Source: the human T2T-CHM13v2.0 reference genome, Homo sapiens. From it: 64,000 nt of DNA. This document shows positions 50,104 through 64,000 of this stretch, one piece after another. The position numbers and the translations under genes are program-made. How positions within the stretch are numbered: the stretch's first letter is position 1; each line of letters begins with the position of its first letter. The DNA lies in the NCBI RefSeq assembly GCF_009914755.1, contig NC_060925.1; one strand, 5' to 3'. The notes under the pieces are model-generated. The model searched no databases. It was not told where the DNA came from and saw only the letters and a list, made by a program, of their open reading frames with translations.

Positions 50104-51094
50104 TTAAATTAAAAAAAATTAACAGAGCTTCTGATCATCAAGAAATACTTTCTTTTCACTATACTATCCTGAAAAAATTCCAGCCAAACATCAAGAATCT
50201 TGATGTTTTTGTATCAAGCATATCATGAATAAAAATAAAAGAAAAAAATAAAATTTCACTTAGGCTTATTTTACAAAATTGGCTATTTTTAAAATTAAAA
50301 GTTAATACATAAACAGGATGATTGTCTATCTTTTCTAAGACTTGTATTCTTCATCTGCTTCCTCTTCTCCTACTCTTCCCATCTCTACCATTTATTCTGC
50401 TCCTCTCACAGGCAACTCCTCTAACCAGTTGTGTTTGGTGGCTTCCTCCTAGGAATATTCCAGCTGGGCTTCATGGAGAGAACACATGTAAGTGCTACAG
50501 CTGAGCTGCATCTACAAGTCATCCCAGTTCTGGTGGCAGACCCGTGAGTGAAGCCTCTGATTCTGGCCCCCACCCACAGAGGCAACCCCAACTGAGGCTT
50601 CACAGAAACCCTCCACCATCCCTGTGCCCTGACTGAATTCCTGACCCACAGATTTCATGGACGTAACAAAATGGGTATTTTGTACCATTAGAACTGGAGT
50701 GGTTTGTTATGCTGCAGTAGTAATTGGATAGTAAGTTTCAATATCTGATAAAAGCAGGCCTTAATCATTATTCCTTTTTTTCCCAGAAATTTTCTGACTA
50801 TTCTTGTTATCTTTTCATATACATTTTTGAAACATACTATAGTCTCTGAAGTCCCTTTTCTACCACCACTACCATCATATATATGTATATATGTAATATA
50901 ATATATGTAATTTTATTAGGGTGGCTTAAAAATTGTTTTCTCATAATAATAATGTTAGATTTTCTGTTCAAAAACAGGGTACATATTTCTATTTATTAAA
51001 TATTCTAAAATGCCCCCACAAAAATTTAAAATTTTCAGTGATATAAGTCCTATATATTATTTGTTAAAGGCATTCTTAAGTATTTTACCTTTTT

Positions 51095-52215
51095 AAAAAT
51101 AGACTTTATTTTTAGAGCAGTGTTAGATTCACAGCATAATTGAGTGGAAGGAACAGAGATTTCCCTTTCTCCCCTGCCCTAACACATGCATAGCCTCTCC
51201 CATTGTCAACGTCCTTCGTCAGAATGTTACATTGGTTACACACAATGAACCTACATTGACACATCCTTATCACCCAGAGTCTATGATTTATATTAGGGTT
51301 CACTCTTGGTGTTGTAGATTCTAAGGGTTTGAACAAATGCATAATGACATGTATAATGGTGGGGCCACATATTTTATTTCATTTTTTAAAATTTAATTTT
51401 TAATTTATGTGGGTACGTGGTAGGTGTATCTATTTATGGGGTACATGAGATTCTTTGATACATGCATGCAATGTGTAATAATCACATCATGGTAAATGGG
51501 GTATCCATCCCCTCAAACATTTATCCTTTGCATTACAAACATTCCAATTATACTTTTTTAGTTATTTAAAAATGTACAATTAAATTAGTACTGATTGTAG
51601 TCACCCTGTTGTGCTGTCAAATACTAGGTCTTATTCATTCTTTCTAACTAGTTTTTTGTACACTCCCCTACACCCCACTCCCCACTACCCTTCCCAGCTT
51701 CTGGTAATCATCTGTCTACTCTCTATTTCCATGAGTTCAGTTGTTTTAATTTTTGGCTTCCACAAATAAGTGAAAACAAGCAAAGTTTATCTTTCTGTGC
51801 CTGGCTTATTTCACACAACATAATGACTTCCAGTTCCATCCATGTTGTTGCAAATGACAGAATCTCATTCTTCTTTATGGCTGAATAGTATTCCATTGTG
51901 TATATCTATGACATTTCGTTATCCATTCGTCTCTTGATGGGCACTTAGGTTACTTCCAAATCTTGGCTATTGTGAATAGTGCTACAATAAACATGGGAGT
52001 GCAAATCTCTCTTTGATATCCTGCTTTCCCTTCTTTTGAGTATATAAGCAGTGGGATTGCTGATTGCTGGATCATATGGTAGCTCTATTTTTAGTTTTTT
52101 GAAGAACCTCCAAACTGTTCTCCATAGTGGTTGTACTAATTTATAGTCCCACCAACAGTGTATGAGGGTTCCCTTTTCTCCACATCTTCACCAGCATTTA
52201 TTGCCTGTCTTTTCG
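51095..52215 (-). mobile_element. L1MC-like (about 51095-51355) and L1MA-like (about 51380-52215) 3' ends nested in older L1M
   Basis: Typical 3'UTR motifs tttagagcagtgttagattcacagc and ggggtacatgagatt...atccatcccctcaa. Confidence 0.7.
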
Positions 52216-52509
52216 ATACAAAGATAAAATATTTTATCTTTTTATTATTATCGTAAATTGGATATTTTCTTTCATTATATTTGTGATTAGTTTTATTTAT
52301 ATTTTATAAAACTATTGACTTTTTATAATAATGTGGTAGCATCCACGTTGCCTAATTTTGTTATTGTTTTTAATAGATTCTCTTGGTGTTTTCAGGAGTA
52401 AAATTATACCATCTGAAGATAATGGTAGTTTTACTTATTCTTTTACAATTTTTATGACTCATATTCCCTATTACATTGTCTAGTGTTTTCATTTTATTCA
52501 TTACTTTAA

Positions 52510-52861
<352 letters not shown>

Positions 52862-55800
52862 TGATTTGAAGTAGCTATAGTATGTGTGTGTGTTTATTGA
52901 TCTCTCAATCATCTAAAATAATGTTAAGAAAGTATTCCTTTTTATATAAAATTTAAAAGATCAGAAACATATGCTGAATTTCCAATGCCTCTTTATCAAC
53001 TTATAGAAATGATCACATAAATTTTCTTCTTTGTATTTATTAATATGGTGAATTATGTTAAATGTTTTCTATGTTTATTCATTTATTCATCAACAATACA
53101 TATTTACTCAAAGTGCAAAGCACTGTTTCTATTCTAGGTACACCCTTAAGGATGCTGGGGTATTTAGGAAATCTAGGTATTGAATTTATAGTAGTATAAG
53201 TCTCACTAGGTTGTGGAAAGTGATTATTTAATATGTTGCTGGATTTTATTTGCCAATAATTCTTTGAGGATGTTTGGGTTAATTTCCCAAGTGAGACTAG
53301 TCTGTGGTTTTCTATTTTGTGCTGTCTTTATTATGTTTTGGTATCAATGTTATTCTGGCTTTGGAAAAATAATATGAAAACATCATTTTAATTTCTTCCA
53401 AGGAGTCCTTCCTGGGAATCTATTTCAAAGATTTAATTGCATGTGTACTCAAAGATATACATTTAAGTATGTTCTGTGGAAACAATCTGTTTTTCAGTAC
53501 AGGAGTATGGTGAAAGATTATAGCTATAACAATGAATGATATAGCTCTATAGTACATGCTAATATATGTACTGATATGGAACAATCTTTAAGATGTATTA
53601 TTACATGGAATAAACCAACCAGACCACAAAACAGATGTTTTTGCTTTTGCTAAAAAAATGGTGTTGAATGACTAAATGGGTAGATTAATAATGATATATA
53701 TGTGTGTATGTGTATATATATATATGCATAAATACATTTATTTTTTCATCTTTCCAGCCTCTAGGGAAATCATTGGGAAATTGATTTCCAAATCCTTTCA
53801 GAGTTAATAAAAACCATAATTATGTGTCTCATGGGGCTTGTGGTTATGAAATTCCATGTTTGCATCCTGGAAATTAAATGTGTGACAGTGACAATGTCAC
53901 ATAAGTTTCTCTTTCTGCACATACAGGAAGGCTGTATTTTCCACTATCTATTGCAGTTAGATTCGTGCTATAGAATGTGGGCAGAAATGAAGTAAGCCAC
54001 TTCTTAGACTTGACTTTTTAAAAATGTCATTTATTCCAGCTCTCTCTTGCCCTTTATGTCAACTCCACCTGCTGCTAAAAAATGCCTAATGAGGGCCCTT
54101 GGATCACTCTTTGGAGGTGAGCTGAGCAACCCATATTAATGTGAGCAATACCTAAACTTTCAGTGTGTTATAAAAATGAGATTGTGAGGTTATTTGTTGC
54201 TATAGCATAGCCTACCTCATCCAGACCAGTATGTACTGAGAAGGGCTTCTTTACAATTGAGGGCTTCCTGGGCCATTCGTATGACAAGAGAGAGGCTTTG
54301 ATTAAGAAGTCAGTGTGCTGAAGAAGGCAGTAACAGAGATCCAGCAGAAAAGAGATTTGGATAAAATTATTTTGTTTTTGAAATTCTGACAAGTTGGGCC
54401 TAGGTTTATGGCTTCCTAGGGGAGAAATATTACCTGAAACATATCTGAATTTCCAGAGTTGCTAGGAGAATATTTTAAGTGTGAAGCCATTAGCCTCCCC
54501 TCTCGGGCTCTTTATGCCATCTAAGACAGATTGGAGGTGTTTTTGAGATAGTATATGTCTCTCTGAGGAGTTAACTTGGAAGAAAGAAGGCATTTATGAT
54601 TTGCTACTTGAGACATGGACAAGCTATTAATATTTCCCTTTATCATGGCAATTCCTGGTTACAAATGTAAGTGAATGACTTAGAATGAAAATAAGATAAA
54701 AATATTTTTAAATGCCCATACAATTATAAAAACAATTCATTATTTTAAAAAATAAGAGAAAAAATAGTGAACAAAGCTGTAAATCTGCATACAAAATATC
54801 CAAAAGCTATAACTAAATCAATAGACTGAACTTTATGTCAGATGGTAGTGGAGAGGTGAGGAAAAAAGCACAATAATGAGGAGGAGGTAAAGAGGGAGAG
54901 GAATAGAAGAAATCTGAGGCACCTTCTTCAATAATCAGAGTACATATATTCTAGTCATAGGCTCAAGCCATTGGAGCAGAGGCACATACTTTTAATAATA
55001 ATAATGGTAACTATAATAATGTGCATATATGAAGTTTGCTACCTTCTCTGTCTTTTCTCCTTTCAAAGGGCGATGTCTTCTAATCTATGATAAGCAGAAT
55101 GCTTAGTTTTCCTTCTTTCCTTGTGCCCTCTCTGGAGTGCCCCTCTAGCACATGGACCTATCTGACAATTCCTGACTTACTGTGGGCTTCCGTTTTGTGC
55201 CACCAATCACTAATTTGCACTTCATGTTGATATATTTGTGCCTTATCTCTATGAGAAACCTGGGGCACATGGAGGAGTATATTTACTCATTCAGTATTCC
55301 CAAGACTAGCACATTCATACACAATAATACATATCCATTGCTCTACTGAGGAATTAGTGCAATTTGAAAAGGGAATTACAGTGTAGGAGAAAAACTGTTA
55401 AATTCCTAGATAATGAGTTTATTCCTGGAGTCTTAAAGGCATCTAAATGACTTAGACCATTCAAAAGGAGTGGGGTGTGGGCAGTTTCCTATTTTTAATC
55501 TGGATCCCCTCCCTTTGGTTTTGTGGGCTCAGGGGAAAAGAGCTACTTCAAATTTATTTGAAACTCCACTACTTCTCCTGAGAAAATTATTCCCTTCTAA
55601 TAGGAAAGCTATGCCCAACACCCCATGTGGCACTCATGTTTGTGCCACACAATCTTGAATAAGAATCTGAATCTTCAATGTGTTACTTTTGCTTCCAAAT
55701 TTCCTATGAGTGAGAGATGTTGGGTTCCCACTTCTTATAGGGAAAAGTGACCTTGGATCCTCTCATTTTTATTTAGAGACAGTGTCTCCCTATGTTGCTC

Positions 55801-56114
55801 AAGCTAGACTTGAACCACATCTGCTCAAACTACTCCTAGGCTCAAGTGATTTTCCCACTTCAGCCTACACTGCTGCACTTCACCACACCTGGCTTCCTCC
55901 AGTTTTGAGTATACTTTTCAATATTTTCACCAGGGAAGACTTTGAGGATCTTCTGGCCTCTTTAATTAGATAATTCATTAGACAAAGTGTATCTTCCAAA
56001 GGCAGAAAACTAAAATTCCCAGGATCAGTTTAGAAAACCTAATAGTGAGAAAGGAATTATATTGCTGATTAGCAAGGACCTTGCTGTGTCCTAGGAGCAG
56101 ATAGGCTTTATTTT

Positions 56115-56212
56115 TTTTTATTTTTTTTATTTTTATTTTTTGGGTGACAGAGCAAGACTCCACCTCAAAAAAAAAAAAAAAAAAGGATGGGAGCTCCAAC
56201 CTGGGGCAGTTT

Positions 56213-56257
<45 letters not shown>

Positions 56258-57147
56258 AAAGTTCTAGGGCACATGTACACAATGTGCAGGTTTGTTACAT
56301 ATGTATACATGTGCCATGTTGGTGTGCTGCACCCATTAACTCGTCATTTACATTAGGTATATCTCCGAATGCTGTCCCTCCCCCCTCCCCCAATCCCACA
56401 ACAGGTCCTGGTGTATGATGTTCCCCTTCCTGTGTCCAAGTGTTTTCATTGTTCAATTCCCATCTGTGAGTGAGAACATGCGGTGTTTGGTTTTTTGTCC
56501 TTGTGATAGTTTGCTGAAAATGATGGTTTCCAGCTTCATCCATGTTCCTACAAAGGACATGAACTCATCCTTTTTTATGGCTGCATAGTATTCCATGGTG
56601 TATATGTGCCACATTTCCTTAATCCAGTCTATCATTGTTGGACATTTGGCTTGGTTCCAAGCCTTTGCTTTTGTGAATAGTGCTGCAATAAACACACGTG
56701 TGCATGTGTCTTTATAGCAGCATGATTTATAATCCTTTGGGTATATACCCAGTAATGGGATGGCTGGGTCAAATGGCATTTCTAGTTCTAGATCCTCGAG
56801 GAATCACCACACTTTCTTCCATAATGGTCGAACTAGTTTACAGTCCCACCAACAGTGTAAAAGTGTTCCTATTTCTCCACATCCTTTCCAGCACCTGTTG
56901 TTTCCTGACTTTAATGATTGCCATTCTAACTGGTGTGAGATGGTATCTCATTGTGGTTTTGATTTGCATTTCTCTGATGGTCAGTGATGATGAGCATTTT
57001 TTCATGTGTCTGTTGGCTGCATAAATGTCTTATTTTGAGAAGTGTCTGTTCATATCCTTTGGCCACTTTTTGATGGGGTTGTTTTTTTCTTGTAAGTTTG
57101 TTTGAGTTCATTGTAGATTCTGGATATTAGCCCTTTGTCAGATGAGT
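56115..57147 (-). mobile_element. 5'-truncated L1PA5-7-like element with 3' transduction
   Basis: L1 body about 56253-57147. TSD agataggctttatttt (56099-56114) / agatagtctttatttt (57148-57163) encloses extra non-L1 DNA and a second tail. Confidence 0.88.
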
Positions 57148-58391
57148 AGATAGTCTTTATTTTGATTAGAGGTGCTTGAAGTTTCTTTCCTCCCTGTGCT
57201 TAAAAAGTCAACAACAATCTTGGAAAAGCTACACTGAGCTTTAATGTCGGTTGCTTATGCAATAATAGCAACCATAACAAATCCCCCTACCGGAACAAAG
57301 AAATATTCAGGGCCCAAATAATATATTTGATGACTGTTAGGGGCACAACAATTTACTGTTTCTTGTCAATGGACAATCATCTAACTTTACCTCAGGCTTT
57401 CATAAGCAGTTCATGATTTTCCAAAGAAATGTTTTAATTAAGAAATCATAGTAAAACAAAATAAATCAGAACAAGAAGAATAAAGAGTTATTAAGCTCTG
57501 TGCTTTGTATTGTCTTAATTGCAATTCAATAAATCTCTTTCCAAGGTAAGAATGAACTGGAAGAAAATATACTGATCATGTGGTCTACCCTTTTATTTTA
57601 TATATGAGGAAACTGAAGCTGAGAAGAGTAAAAGACTTACTGAAGGTCCTACAGACACTAGTAGGGTCAAACCTCAAATGTAGATATCCTGATGTGAATC
57701 TAGTCTTTCCTATTTTTTTGTTTTCTTCTTGACTTCCATCTATTTTTTTCAGTCCTCCCTGTAATAACATATTGCTCCTCAGGTGTCTTCCAGACTTAAA
57801 GAAGTAAAACCTCTTAGATTAAGAGTTTTTTTCTCTTTCTTAGCACAACGGTATGTTCACAGACCTTTGTGTTTCTTAGAACAACTTTAAAAGTAAAAGT
57901 GCAGTAACTTTTAAGAGATTATCCTGAAGGGGAGCTGATGTCAATGCAGGGTTAAGGAAGAGTAAAGTTGAGAGAGAGTTTAGCATGAACACAGCTACCA
58001 ATTAGACTATTTTTCCCTGATTCTGGAAACATAACCCACAAAGTGTACTTTATAATGGCACTACCTTAGAGGGTAATGAGGTGTGACAACGGGGTGATGC
58101 TAGTGTAGGCATGATAGTCTGTAGAGTAAATTGGTCTTTTTTTCCCCTAGGAAATCTCCCTTTGTATAGAACCTGTGTCTCATTTATGTTTGAATTCTCA
58201 ATACTTACTGAGGTCCCTAGAGAACTGAATATCTTTGGATTGTAGGGGTCAATAAACCTGAGAAATTATTTTGGAGCCAGAGTGTTGAGGATCCTCACTA
58301 CTAAGGCAAAGAATTTAGCTCTTTTTCAATTGCCTTCTGCATTTAAGTTTATTTGCATTTGGCTAGTCATTGACATGATTTTAGCTGTTTT

Positions 58392-58568
58392 TTTTTTTTT
58401 ATTTCTATTGTTCCTTCTTCTTTCATTTTTTTTCTCTTTTTTTTTTTATTATACTTTTAAGTTTTAGGGTACATGTGCACATTGTGCAGGTTAGTTACAG
58501 ATGTATACATGTGCCATGCTGGTGCGCTGCACCCACTAACTCGTCATCTAGCATTAGGTATATCTCCC
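58392..58568 (-). mobile_element. Very short young L1 (L1PA2-like) 3' tip
   Basis: Perfect 15-bp TSD gattttagctgtttt at 58377-58391 and 58569-58583, TT/AAAA endonuclease site. Confidence 0.92.
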
Positions 58569-59677
58569 GATTTTAGCTGTTTTAAATATGCTTTAGACAT
58601 ATTTTAAATATGTTAACTATGAAAGAAAAGTGTAAAAGATGTACATTTTGAAGGAGATATCCTGGAGGGCATTCCTTCAGGTTCCCATCCTACAGCTCCT
58701 GTACCTCCTGTTCTCCCATTGTCTGTAATTTTACTGGCCATTGACAGTCCCAGGAGTGCCAGTTAGTATTCATGTTCTACAAACCTTCTCAGCGCCTAAA
58801 CTTCAGGATCCCTTGCAGGTTGAATGATGACTTCTAGGCTCTTGTTCTTGCTGTCATGCCTTGCTTCAGATTGTAACATGGAAGAAGAGGGACCACACAG
58901 GCCAGTGAATTTGTGAGCCTGGTGGTCATTATCACCCACCTCTCAAAGGATATGGGAGGGAAAATGGACATAAATCAGCAAATACATAACCTGGCTGCTA
59001 AATTTCTTTCTAGACCCCAGCTTCTGAAATAGTAAACTTGATGAGATTTGATTTGTTCTGAAATATTGTGTTGTCTTTTTAAAACTAATGAACTAACTAG
59101 CTAATTAATGCATTCAAACTTATAATTATTGTCTGTATGCCATAAAGTGGTTGCTAAGCATCGTTGAACTTGATAGGACAAAAATTAAAGCATAATAATA
59201 CATTTTATGGACATAGAGAAGGATATATAGTCAATACCTTAATAATGATAACTAACTAATTTAGCATAAATTATAGTGTCCTTGCATCCTTGCCATGTGC
59301 CAGACATTATTTCAGGTTCTGAGGAGTATATCTGTGAACAAGGTAAAGTCTCTATTGGCAGAAACATACAGTCTAGAGATGGGGCAGACATCTGAATGGG
59401 CAATTATGAAATAGTATTATAAATGTTATAAAAGGAAAAAGCAAAGGGAGACTCAGAAAGAATACCCAACCCCAGCTTTGGGGAGATGAAGGAAGGCTTC
59501 CCTGAGCAAGGAATGAAAGATAAATGTCTAATAGGTTAGTTTCTACAATTTAAAAGGCAGTGAATCTTTACTGAAATTAAATTTGAGCAGATGATCATAA
59601 GGTAGTATTTACTTTTCATTTTAAGGTGGCTCTTATTATCTACTGAAACAAGTTTTTAAAAGTCTCTTAAGAAATAT

Positions 59678-61806
<2,129 letters not shown>

Positions 61807-63210
61807 AAAAGGCTTTCAAGAAATATATAATAGTAGGTTTTATCCTATACTCTACTACTTTGGATCTGTCATAGAAAAATAATTCAAAATATAAAATAAT
61901 TGATCATCTTGGATATTTTTATAATAGTGTTAATTATAATGAATATTAAAAATACTGTGTTTTTCAGTTGAATTATTGAAAAATAATTCAAAATATGAAG
62001 TGATAATCTTGAATATTTTAATGCTAGTGTTAATTATAATGAATATTGAAAACACAGAAAATGTTCATCAGTAGATGACATATGAATTAAATTTTATTCA
62101 TGCAGTTATTAAAAACGATGGTTATAAAAATTCATAACAGAGGCTTTCTGCATATCACAGGGGTAGAAATGGAGGAAAAAGAGACTATAGAAAGGTAAAA
62201 AAGAGAAAGACAGCAAGGGCCAGGGAAAAGCAAATCATTTAAGCCATTATCAATCTAGGATTTATCTGGACATTGAAGCTTTTTGTTTATCTTAAATACT
62301 GGTTTTTAAAAGTGATTTTTGGAAGGAGAAATCTTTTTAATGGAAAATGAGGTCTTATATGGATTCCTAATATATAAAACTTATAAAATATATAAAATGG
62401 TATTTTATTAATAATGCTTGAATTGACAAACTCAGATTCTTAACACATACTTAAAATAAGCTAATTAATAAGAGTGAGAGAGTTTTGATGAAATGAATAA
62501 ACTGACACTAGGTTTTGTGGATGACAGTTGCCATCTAATGTTAAGTCTCAGCATCCATTTTATTTCTCAAACTGTAAAGTATGAAGAAACAACTGATTCC
62601 TCCCAGTGAGTAATAGCAACATGTTTATATAGCTTTATAGAAGCAAATATATGCAATTTATAAAAGGAACAGTGCAAAGGCTAATCAATGACACACTTAA
62701 AAGAAGGTTAAGTATGTGCATAAAGTTGGCAGGAAGAGTTGTATTCTGGCCTCTAAACAAAGACAAGTTAGCTTGGCAGCCCTTGTTAAGCTACATTCTC
62801 TAATATGTTTGAAAATAGATGCATAACACATTTGAGTAAACCTTTAAAAATATATGCATATACTATCCATGATGCATAAATGAAATATAATCAAACATTA
62901 ATATACTCTCTAAAAATGAAAAGCATTACATATATTGTACCTGATTTGAACTGTCATTTTCATAGATATATAGCATGTGTTTTGCTTTGCCAGGAAATGA
63001 TATTTATTATAAAGAAAGATGTAGATAAGTTATTCTGACTTATGTAATCTTGAAGAAAAGTTTTAAAGATAATATTCTTCTAAAAAATTGTAGTACTATT
63101 ATTTGTTATATTTGCTCTCTGGATTTCTGTTTCTAATACATGTAATAAATGTCAAATAATATAACAAGAACTACTGGTGTTCAGGGACAGAGTAAAGTGA
63201 GCTTGGGGAG

Positions 63211-63615
63211 TGTATTAGTCTGTTCTCACACTGCTATAAAGAGCTACCTGAGCCTGGATAAAGAGCTACCTGAGCCTGGGTAATTTATGAAGAAAAGAGG
63301 TTTAATTGACTCACAGTTCTACAGGCTGAACAGGAAGCATGACAGGGAGGCTTCAGGAAACTTATGATCGTGTTAGAAGATGAAGGGGAAGCAAGCACAT
63401 CTTCACATGGTGGCAGGAGAGAGAGAGAGAGAATGAAGGCGGAAGTGCCACACACTTTTAAAGCATCAGATCTCATGTAAACTCACTATTATGAGAACAG
63501 CAAGGGGAAAATCGGCCCCCATGATCCAATCACCTCCCACTAGGTCCCTCCCCCAGCATTGGGAATTACAATTCAACATGAGATTTGGGTGGGGACACAG
63601 AGCTAAATCATATCA
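63211..63615 (-). mobile_element. MST (MSTA-like) MaLR solo LTR
   Basis: tgtattagtc...catatca termini, 5-bp TSD gggag at 63206-63210 and 63616-63620. Confidence 0.9.
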
Positions 63616-64000
63616 GGGAGCAAGGGCACACTTATGTGAAAGAACAGAAAGGATTAGAGTTGAGATATAAAGGTGAAGAGGAAAAGATTGGGAAGATGAT
63701 CCCAGGCTGGGAGATGGCATATGAAAAGAAGAAATGGTCTAAGTTGGAGTAATAGGATGAGGCTTACCTTCCTGTAATAAACAACTACAAAACTGGACAA
63801 AATATATAAAGCAATGTTTTCAGGAACTGAGCAACCTACAGAGCAGAGTAGCTATCCTTGAGAGAAGGTAAAGACTAGAGGTGAGCTTGACATTCATCAA
63901 GGTTTTCTGCCTTTCCAAATCATGGCACAAGGAAGTGGATCCCAAAAAGCAATAATCTTACTAAGCAGAGAAGCAGGGATTAGAGTTCGGGAATGCAGAT

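Noticed and set aside
56142-56184. Independent mini-Alu insertion
   Set aside because: It has no TSD of its own and lies within the L1's TSD, so transduction explains it better.

Overview
Primate (most likely human or great ape) AT-rich non-coding DNA dominated by transposable elements. No host protein-coding exon, RNA gene or CRISPR array can be supported; every long ORF derives from L1 or an endogenous retrovirus. Main elements: a multiply rearranged HERV-L/MLT2 provirus (5.3-8.6 kb), an old L1 with an inverted 5'UTR (9.7-13.8 kb), a MER31-like ERV (20-25 kb), a two-LTR HERV-H with His PBS and GTAAT TSD (34653-40200), a full-length L1PA3/4-type element with 14-bp TSD and open ORF0 (41323-47486), an L1 with a 3' transduction (56.1-57.2 kb), a twin-primed L1 (59.7-61.8 kb), and many Alu, L2, MIR, MLT, MST and MER relics. 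The most unusual signals are a 168-bp piece of unique DNA copied from 5.2 kb away into an L1 3'UTR, the fold-back HERV-L still bounded by a TSD, loss of a SOX-type motif repeat from the HERV-H 5' LTR only, and a near-perfect 22-bp-arm palindrome. I found no new multi-gene system. Subfamily names come from recalled consensus features, not from a database search, and boundaries of old elements are approximate.
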